Assembly (NCBI GenBank): GCA_951406725.2 | Contig: OX597825.1 | Coordinates: 14,962,001 to 15,024,000, forward strand | Direction: 5' to 3' | From: Octopus vulgaris | Lineage: Eukaryota | DNA length: 62,000 nt | Shown: piece by piece, positions 51,951 to 62,000 of the stretch | Layout of the letters: every line of letters begins with the position of its first letter | Position numbering within the stretch: the stretch's first letter is position 1 | The notes under the pieces: model-generated | What the model saw: only the letters and a program-made list of their open reading frames with translations | Database searches by the model: none | What the model was told of the DNA's origin: nothing | Program-made: the position numbers and the translations under genes

Positions 51951-54050
51951 TCATTAACATCTTCTTTCAGTTCTGTTTCCATCCCTCGCCGAGTGTCTTC
52001 CTGACACCTAAGACATAGAAACGTACTGTTTACATTGGTAGGCCATTAAAACAAAGGCCCGAGATTGTCCAATTACTAAGTCATGTGATTGAGAAAAGGG
52101 CGAAGACAGAGAGAAAAAGGAAAAAAATATAATATAGAAAAGCAAACGAATAAAATAAAGGGAGAAAGGAAAGAAAATTCACAGCGACAATGCTCTTCTG
52201 AATATGTGTGGCGTACTAGTTAAGAAAATCTTTTGCACTTCCTGCATAGATGGTAAGCCAGAGATCATTTTAAAATAATTTTCAATTCCTTTTATCATTT
52301 CAAGTGCTCCTATAATCACTGGTATTGTACACGTCTTGAGATGCCACATCTTTTCGATTTCGAATAGCAAATCTTTGTATTTTCTGAGCTTATCTGAGCT
52401 TATGAAATTCTTGTGCCGAGATAGTATGGTTACAGGGTACGCTAATGTCAAACAAGAAACCGACTTTACTGTTTTCGTCTTTCACGACAAAATCCGGTTT
52501 ACTCTTACTCTTTTACTCTTTTACTTGTTTCAGTCATTTGACTGCGGCCATGCTGGAGCACCGCCTTTAGTCGAGCAAATCGACCCCGGGACTTCTTCTT
52601 TGTCAGGCCAGTACTTATTCTATCGGTCTCTTTTGCCGAACCGCTAAGTGACGGGGACGTAAACACACCAGCATCGGTTGTCAAGCAATGCTAGGGGGAC
52701 AAACACAGACACACAAACACACAGACATATATATATACATATATACGACAGGCTTCTTTCAGTTTCCGTCTACCAAATCCACTCACAAGGCATTGGTCGG
52801 CCCGGGGCTATAGCAGAAGACACTTGCCCAAGTTGCCACGCAGTGGGACTGAACCCGGAACCATGTGGTTGGTTAGCAAGCTACTTACCACACAGCCACT
52901 CCTGCGCCTATATGTTTGTTTATTTTGATGGGAGATCTGTACATTCTGGGTAGTCCCAAACAACAGTTACATTCTCTCCCTTAGTTACGGCCTCAGGGTG
53001 GTGCTTGTACCATTTGTCAGCAGTTTTCATTTTATAATGCCGACACATTATCCAGTGTAGATATTGACCAACTCACTCATGTCTTTCTTTGTATTCTACA
53101 GGTGTTAAAATCTTAGATTAGACTATTTCTATCTAATCGCTGCAGTATCGGCACTTTGGGTCTACACCAGTTTTCATCGCATTGGTTTGATAGTTCCTGC
53201 TCAATAAGCTCTGATCTTAGGCAGCCAAGATAAAGCCTTCACTCTCTGCCTTTAGTTCTGATCTCCATAGTCACTAATGAGTGTGCTTCTGGTCTAGATC
53301 AGATTGTTTGGTACGGGCCACATATTTGATATGAAGAGGTGGTTTTTGTTCCCACCTATTGGCCAAATGTTCAAGCGCATTTTCCTTTACTATTGATTTC
53401 ACCTTCTTTGCAACTACAGTTGCTACGCTTCCCTCATGCTGTTCGACCTGGGTATTATGCATAAACTCACTTCAAAAAATTTTGCCCTCCTTCATATCAG
53501 ATTGAAGCTTCTTACGCCTTTCATGGTTTTCAACGAGGTTTAGTATCCAGTCGTTAGATGTTTCAAGATAGTTTGTCAGTTCAATTGTGGTAGTTTTTAG
53601 GAGATTTCAAATTAGATCACACCTAGATCTCCTTGAGCTGTGGTAGTTAAAGACGATCTGTGTCTGCCTTTGGGTGGTGCATCATATTGCAAGTCAGCAG
53701 CTTACGGGTTTTTCTGTCAATCTTCTTTATTTTGCTCATATTTTAGTTCAACACATGGAAACTGTAAATAACAACCGGATCTGCTAAGGAAATTTGGTAC
53801 CCTATCATTATCAGGATATTTCCACATATGATCATTTGTGGGTGTTATTCTTTGGTCTGCTATTGTGAAGCAGCAGTCTTCTCATCCTTATCATACTCTA
53901 CCGTTACACGCATTTTCTAATCGGACGAAACCGTGCTTCCCATTTGATGATCACCAGTAGTCGAGGGTGAGAACCATTTTCCCTTGTTCAGCTAAGCTTG
54001 GCGTATGTTCATACTTTGTATGGAAGACGTTCCTCATATCATTTGCTGAT
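51951..54050 (-). mobile_element. R4/Dong-like non-LTR retrotransposon, 3' 2 kb (RT end, Zn knuckle region, RLE), interrupted by a SINE
   Basis: Minus-strand motifs: KIKKIDRKTRKLLTCNMMHHPKADTDRL; ELKAESEGFILAA*DQSLLSRNYQ...DPKCRYC; VWDY..TD; KPDFVVKDENSKVGFLFDISVP; KYKDLLFEIEKMWHLKTCTIPVIIGALEMIK...HIFRRALSL*. A UTR-like block then leads into (TAA)n. Confidence 0.9.
52499..52908 (-). mobile_element. family A SINE nested in the R4/Dong RLE domain
   Basis: Full-length copy splitting the host between the WD..TD segment and the KPD motif; no obvious TSD. Confidence 0.93.
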
Positions 54051-54189
54051 CAAACTAAACGCTTCTTTTTTACCTTACATTCATACGTTCAGATTAATGT
54101 TTCCAAATTTTACCTCTGATATTGATCGTCAAAAATTTCCTAAAATCTTCAGGGTAATTAGATCTTTAGAGTACGGACTTTCTTTATTG

Positions 54190-54477
54190 TACTACTACTA
54201 CTACTACTAATACTAATACTACTACTAATACTAATACTACTACTACTACTAATGCTGCTGCTGCTGTTTTTGTTGTTAATCAACAAGAAGGGAAAGGGTG
54301 ATTAGGTGATGGTCCAGGGCTTAGGGGTGGGAGACCCCAGACCTTGGAAAAAAAACCTTTGGTCGTCTTGTTGTAGTCGAGGGTTTTTCGTTGACACCCT
54401 ACACCACTGGGAGGTGGCCCTCGAAGTCGCTGGAAATGGAGATCTCCAGGTCCAAAGTCTTCAACGGCTGCCGTTAA

Positions 54478-54538
<61 letters not shown>

Positions 54539-54800
54539 ACTGCTACTGTTACTACTAGTGTTACTGCTACTGCTGCTGCTGCTGCTGCTACTTAGGTAGA
54601 GGCCTTGGAATATCTCAAGAACGTCGGAGAAATACTTTCTTTCTACTTCATAATTTCTGACTTCACAAACCACTGGAGTCAACTCTACTCTTCTATTCTT
54701 CACTCCATGATCGATATAATAGATTACAAATGAAGACACGAGGCCAATGGTAGCGACTAAACCCCTGTTCTCAAAATCGCTGGTCTTCTGCCCCAATTAT
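54190..54800 (-). mobile_element. family E retroelement 3' end, split by an (ACT/GCT)n tract
   Basis: 54275-54460 matches 33436-33632; trinucleotide tail at 54190-54270; an upstream non-repetitive open frame (54595-54796) of unassigned LINE-like character. Confidence 0.5.
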
Positions 54801-55217
54801 CATCATCGGAATCTTCATAATTAATATCACTTTTATTATAGAACACATTGTAAGAATTAATTATTTCGTCACATCAACCCCGACTCTTGTGTACGATACT
54901 CACTTGTAACTAAACCGTGATTTATAATTCAAGTTTAGTTTTGCTGTTCACAGCTTTTTAATCAATATTCTTGAGTCATGATGCTAATCTTACCTACAGG
55001 AACCAAACCGAAATAGAATTTATTTATTCCTATCAGATTTATATATTTCGGATATTAGTAGCAGCCTAGGGAATGTTTAGTATTGTATGTAACACGTTAC
55101 ACAAGTTTATTGATGCAGACAAGACAAGAAAGAAAATATTGTGTAAAATTGCACATCGTAGTAGAAATAATAGATTATACGTCACGAAAAACACGACTTT
55201 CATTAAAATGTATGACT

Positions 55218-55551
55218 TTATACGGTAAGGAAGACTTGGGTACTATAGGCCTGAATGTGAATCAAAGGTCCCCACGAGTCGAATTCACAATATTTACGGG
55301 ATATTATACGGTAAGGAAGACTGGGGTACTATAAGCCTGGTACTTATAGTACTGGGGTACTATAAGCCTGGTACTTACAGTACTGGGGTACTATAAGCCT
55401 GAATGTGAATCAAAAGTTCCCACGAGTCGAAATCACAATATTTACGGGAAATTTACGGGAGATTATACGGTAAGGAAGACTGGGGTACTATAAGCCTGAA
55501 TGTGAATCAAAGGTCCCCACGAGTCGAATTCACAATATTTACGGGAGATTA
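55218..55551. repeat. three copies of an about 86-bp unit with a nested 31-bp duplication
   Basis: Units start at 55218, 55304 and 55463; a 31-bp sub-repeat starts at 55320, 55351 and 55382. Confidence 0.9.
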
Positions 55552-55796
55552 TGTTGCTTCACAGTCCTAGGATCAAATTATGAAGTTCATGGACTTATCA
55601 TTAGTACCATAGCCAATGGCGATAATCAGGTGTTGCCATCCCTGCAACAGCGTAACTAATATATCTCGACTATCAAATCTTTGTCGTCCAAACCTCTTGA
55701 AGCTCTCTTAGTATTTATTCGTATTTCCTCCAGGTCTTTTCCTTTTTTTTTTTTTTTGCTCGCTGACACAGAAAATATAATTATTATTAGCATTAC

Positions 55797-56004
55797 CAAA
55801 GCAGCAAGCGAGCAGAATTATTGGCACGCCGTACAAAACATTTATCAGTATTTCGTCCGTTATGTATACAAATTCCGACGACATCAACTTAGCTTTTATC
55901 CTCTCAGTGTCTATAAACTAAGTAGCAGTCAAGTACTGGGGTTGATATAATCGACTTACACTATCACCTGTAATTGCCGGCATTGTGCCAAAGCAAAGCT
56001 GGAA

Positions 56005-56007
<3 letters not shown>
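55797..56007 (+). mobile_element. old family B SINE
   Basis: GCAGAATTATTGGCACGCCG, CAAATTCCGACGA and GTACTGGGGTTGATATAATCGACTTAC. Confidence 0.65.
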
Positions 56008-56054
<47 letters not shown>

Positions 56055-56368
56055 CACTATTACTATACTACTACTACTACATCTAATACCACCACAACAC
56101 TACTACTACTACTACTACAATAACAATGATAGCAAGAATATCTAGGAAAGGGAAGACGAATTTGACATAGGAAAGAAAAACACCACTCACAAATCAACAA
56201 CGTCATACCAGATCATTAATAATATCTCTTGTACCATCCCATAAGCCATCATTACAAGCATATCCCAGGTCACACACACGACCCTTACATCTCATATCCC
56301 AATACCGGGAAAATTTACTCATCATTAACTACGCAGCAATAAAGACTAAATAGAGAGAACTTATTCAA

Positions 56369-56411
<43 letters not shown>

Positions 56412-56689
56412 ATACAGGCGTCTCACACACGCAGACACGAAGAAATAACATACCAACACACATAAACTCATCTTAACAACAAAAGACACATCGCCATTAA
56501 ATTTACATACCATGAAGGAATCGGGTCTTTCAGCAGAAATATTAGCAGACTATGAAAAACCGTTCGCGGGATCATCCACATACAACCATGGGCACAAACC
56601 AACCATCCCCACCCGCTCCACAAATTCACTGTTAGCAACCTACTCACAGGCAGGCAAATGGAGTGACAGATACAGAGACAGATAGACAG

Positions 56690-56693
56690 ATAT

Positions 56694-56771
<78 letters not shown>

Positions 56772-56772
56772 C
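56690..56772. repeat. (GATA)n microsatellite
   Basis: Direct reading. Confidence 0.95.
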
Positions 56773-57992
56773 ATCTTTCTCGTTAATATTCCCACATTAG
56801 GAATTTGGTAATGTTATGACTTCTACATTTGTTTCTAAAATTTTATTGCTTATTTTATTCAGATTCATAACAAAAAAGTTAATAATCAAGATATTTTGCA
56901 GGATATTTCGAACCATTTCCATCATACTGTGAACATGAATTTTCAGCAAATCTGACATTTGTAATTTGGGTGCTTCTTTCCAAACTACAAGAAATAAAAC
57001 ATCCTTGAAAGGAAATTTGACTTAATGATCTGCTATGAATTTTCAATGTGACTTCAATTACGGCAGATGTCGATGTCAAAATAATATCCGGAATTAATGG
57101 CGTTGGTGAAACCCTTTGACTAATCTTGCAGAAGGAGATGCATCATTATCACGTTCATTGATATTTCGGCATTATGCGATTGAGGGCCTGATATGTAAAG
57201 GGACTGAGGTCCTTTTATAAAAGGCCCTCCTCTATAATATTATGTAATGATATTTGCTATGCGGTGACATTTATTATGCAGTTGCATAAAAACCCACACA
57301 TCCAGATTCACTTGTCAGTTGCTGTCAACTTTCTATATCTCTTTAAATTGATTTTCGAAGATATATGCAATGTCCATCTTATTACCTTCATTCTCTTACT
57401 AAAAGAGATATTTAAGATTGATATTTTAAAGGCACTGCAAGTTCATCTTAATTTCATGATTTAAATATATCAGAAAATGAATTGAGTATCAAAATACTTT
57501 TTGAAACTTGACACATAAAGATCTTCACTTTTACACATGCATTCATGTTTTTTTTGTTTACTCAATCTGAAAATATATATAATTTTTTCCCATTGATTAC
57601 GTGAACATGTGAGGCAAATGAAGCATTAGTTTATGATAATGCTTTTTCTCTAACTAGTATTTAATTTCAGAACGAGACGTATTCAGTTCTCCGTTTTATT
57701 ACGCATTTTCAACTTGATTTATTCCCTTAAGTGTCATAAAAAGAGGTGCGTCATATTCATTTCATGCAGAGGTCATCTGAGTACTCACAAAAATTTGAGC
57801 CATCAAACAAGGCAATTCATTGCATCATGCCGCGCATCACTTCGTCGAGGTTAAAGTGTCCATGTATTTATAATGACAACATTCCATTCTATCTTACTTT
57901 AGTACATCTTTTTTTTTATCTCTCTCTCTCTCACACACACACACACACGCACACACACAAACACAGACACACACACACACCTACACACACCT

Positions 57993-58028
<36 letters not shown>

Positions 58029-58316
58029 CGATACCGGCACCAAGTTGACCATCAATACTTGTCCAGATCTAGTTGAGGCAAGACGTTATTATTGTAGTAG
58101 TTATTATTGTAGTACTACTGTAGTAGTTTTGTGACTATTCGGTGGCACATAAGCATTTTTCATTTCTCTTTTTAGCAATGTAGGTGCTCATGTAGTGCCC
58201 TTGTGAATGTCTGTGAATATCTAATTCTGTATGTATATATTTCACTAATTTGCCTCAACGGCTGATAATTCGCTTGCCACTCGTGACAGTATTTAGATAG
58301 TGTCATCCCTATATTG

Positions 58317-58347
<31 letters not shown>

Positions 58348-58406
58348 GGGGATGATCCGGTCCTTGACTGATGTTTTTTGCATCGTCTTCTAAATGTTTT
58401 GTCTTT

Positions 58407-58452
<46 letters not shown>

Positions 58453-58578
58453 TGAGGAAGAATGTGATATCTCATTCGTCTGTTTGAATTCGGAAGTACT
58501 GGTCTTTGAATATATGCTATTCGATGGCGTTTCGTCGAGCACGTATGTTAATTATCAGTGTTCTCAAAATATATACAA

Positions 58579-58691
58579 GGAACTTCTTTCAGTTTCCGTC
58601 TAACAAATACCCTCACAATGCTTTGGTGAGCCTGAACCCGGAACAATGTGGTAAGGAAGCAAGCTTCTTATCACATAGCCACGCCTGCGCC
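58579..58691 (-). mobile_element. family A SINE, 5' fragment with a deletion
   Basis: CTTCTTTCAGTTTCCGTCTA...CTGAACCCGGAAC...CACGCCTGCGCC. Confidence 0.75.
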
Positions 58692-59449
58692 CATAGTCTG
58701 TTGGTTTAATTTACAAAAGTTGAGTGCCTTTAATCTCTTACTTCACTATAACATACAATTTATGCTAAATTTGATGAAGGTTCTAAAAAAAGAAACAAGG
58801 CTTTTATTTCTGCAACAACAGAAGGTACTTTATTACACTCACCGAATTACTTGCAATGCATAGAGGTTTGTATCTTAAAGGCATATGCATGAGAGAATTT
58901 CTAAGGACCAAGTGAGCCTGAACCAACACTTATTCATAATTTAATATACATTTTATCGTAGACATATTTGATCTTATTTATGAGCACATAGATTGCTTTT
59001 ACACTGGATATACAAGGAGAAACTGAGCAAATTAAATACTATGAAGGTTGGCACTTGGAAAATTACATAGAAAAGAAGCGGAATCAATCGATGGCGCTAG
59101 TTTTCCTTTGGGTAATTTTCGAAGGAGTGTGGCGATTGGTTGTTTAGCTTAAGGTCACAGGCTTTGATCAACTTCGTTTCTAATCAAATCATTCTGTGCT
59201 CACCCATCCCGTATATCCATCACACGTACTCAATCCAGTCTGATTATTCGAAAGCATCGTTCCACGTATTAAATTTGTAGAAACGTAGATATACATAAAC
59301 ATGAGTGTAGGTACATATATACACATAGACACATAGAGACGCAGACATACACAATCGCAGACACACACACATACATATATGTATATACATATATATAAAC
59401 ACACACACATATATAAATATAATATATAGATAGAAATATATTCATATAT

Positions 59450-59910
<461 letters not shown>

Positions 59911-60486
59911 ATGTGTGAGTGTATCTTTGTTATGTATATATTTGTACGTATGTTATGCACAATAGGATTTGGATGTTGAAAACACGGGGAATTATTCCCG
60001 CGTAATTTTTGCACAGCCTTGTGGTTTGTGCTTCACTATCCTTGAGTAAGAACTGGCATCCATAATTTCATTGTTGAGAAATCGCTGGAGACTGAAGCAC
60101 ACACTTTATCATGGCATCAGGTATAAATCCTTTTAGGCTGCTTTTGCCGTTACTAATTAAATGCTACGTCTTCATCGACCACACCAAAATGTCAAAAGCT
60201 GTTGATTCCGAAGATTGAAAATGTTTCTCTCTGGAGACTTGTTTTTGATTGATTGAATGTCAGACGTTATAATGAACCGCAGCGTGTTTGTTCCCGACCA
60301 GTCTTTGGACACTTGTTTGCCAAATATTTGTGATAGCATATGGGGCCCTTTCACGTCGTGATGTAATGTATATGTAAAGTATACTCATTAGTATGTCCTT
60401 CTTATTTGCCCTTTCACGTTTTGTTTTCGTTTCTCTCTCTCTTTTACTCTCTCTTTCTCTCTCACTCACTCTGTATTTCTCTCTCT

Positions 60487-60558
<72 letters not shown>

Positions 60559-60602
60559 TAGTCTCTAAAACACGCACTTTAAAGCATTCCTCTAAATATA
60601 TG

Positions 60603-60643
<41 letters not shown>

Positions 60644-60771
60644 CATCATCGTCGATCCATCTGCTTCTTTTCCGCTGGGAAACACTTCTAATGATTCGTT
60701 ATCATTGTTCTTATTGTTTAACCCGGATCAGCTCTGAGTGAGCAGGTTTATGGTCTTACACAGTCAAGCCT

Positions 60772-60938
60772 AGGCGCAGCCGTAGCTGTGTGTGTTAATA
60801 AGTTTGCTTCCAAACAACATGGTTCTGGGTTCATACCGACTAAGTGGCACCTTCGAAGAGGGCCTTCTACTATAGACGTGGGACGGTCAAAGCCTTGTAT
60901 GTGGACTTGTTGGACGGAAACTGAAAGAAGCCCGTTGT
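60772..60938 (+). mobile_element. diverged family A SINE, 5' half
   Basis: GGCGCAGCCGTAGCTGTGTG...CATGGTTCTGGGTTCA...GACGGAAACTGAAAGAAGCCCG. Confidence 0.78.
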
Positions 60939-61187
60939 GTACATAAATACATGCATATAACGTTGCGTGGACAGGAGAAGCTGGTATGCATTTCGGCGCT
61001 TATAAGATCACAGATGTTTTTCTAATATGTATAAACTATTTAATCTATACAATATATTTAATCTGCCGCATACACTTACACGTTTTTGATCGATACTCGG
61101 CTACTGTGAAATTTTTACTCAATGTGTGTATACCCACACACAACACACACACATAAGCACACATACGCACACGGACACACACTCATG

Positions 61188-61227
<40 letters not shown>

Positions 61228-61294
61228 CCGACACAAACGTAGATAGAGATAGATAGACAGACACAGAGATAGATAAATAGATAGATAGATAGAC

Positions 61295-61361
<67 letters not shown>

Positions 61362-61410
61362 CAGACACAAACGCAGATAGAGATAGATAGACAGACACAG
61401 AGATAGATAA

Positions 61411-61481
<71 letters not shown>
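61188..61481. repeat. (GATA)n array with an about 134-bp higher-order duplication
   Basis: GAC(C/A)GACACAAACG(T/C)AGATAGAGATAGATAGACAGACACAGAG occurs at about 61226 and 61360. Confidence 0.9.
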
Positions 61482-61624
61482 TTCCAGCGTTCATGAAATT
61501 ATTATTATAAGCCCCATCAAGGGGCAGGGTAGTATGAACTCCAAGTATTGCAATGTTCATTCTTCTGAACTTTTCCAAATGTTCAAGAGATATATTTGTT
61601 CGTGTTATTGTATTTTTAAAATAA

Positions 61625-61682
<58 letters not shown>

Positions 61683-62000
61683 ATTATTATTTTGTCTTGG
61701 TATAATTCAAGGAATTTCGTCATTCTAACCGAGAACATTCCATACTGAGAATGTCAGATGCATATTTGTGTGTGTGTGTGTTATGTGTGTGTATATGTGT
61801 GCGTGTGCGAGCGCTCATTCTGCGTATACATAGGGAGAGTGTGTTTGTGTGCCTATTCGACCGGTTAGAGAGTTGCACTCATTACTGCGACATCGTTGGC
61901 TTCAGTTCCAGTATTCGGAGATGGTTGTGAGTAAAACGCCTCGGGTCACGTTGCTCCGCGATCACCTCGACCCATGTCATATGGTACACCGTACAGTTTT

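Noticed and set aside
55218-55551. CRISPR-like appearance of spaced repeats
   Set aside because: Contiguous tandem units with no unique spacers, no cas genes, and a eukaryotic context.
56879-57330. Minus-strand PLIPDIILT...SCSL and VDSN*QVNLDVW, vaguely like a Cys-loop or chemotactile receptor ectodomain
   Set aside because: Motif spacing is wrong (about 70 aa instead of about 30), frames differ, there is no FPFD Cys-loop and no TM region; likely chance. An HMM search would settle it.

Overview
AT-rich, microsatellite-saturated eukaryotic non-coding DNA. It is almost certainly octopus (coleoid cephalopod); this is an inference from the recognisable tRNA-derived SINE families and the repeat landscape. 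I cannot support any intact host protein-coding gene: nearly all ORFs in the track are read-throughs of (TA)n, (CA)n, (GATA)n or trinucleotide tracts, or lie inside SINEs. What can be supported: (1) four tRNA-headed SINE families with about 30 copies or units, three copies with clear TSDs; (2) decayed autonomous elements, namely Penelope-like RT and GIY-YIG fragments, two R4/Dong-like RLE LINE 3' portions ending in (TAA)n, an RTE-like 3' fragment and a mariner relic with both TIRs and TA TSDs; (3) several MITE-like or fold-back inverted repeats; (4) large composite microsatellites. I do not see a clearly new biological system. The best leads are a recurring fixed-junction multimer of the Nin/Deu-domain SINE, Penelope-type minimal hammerhead motifs with a non-canonical core, a dense set of long hairpins (one perfect 55-bp arm pair around a TA loop), an 86-bp structured minisatellite, and a few speculative minus-strand micro-exons. 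Family assignments come from remembered motifs, not database searches.
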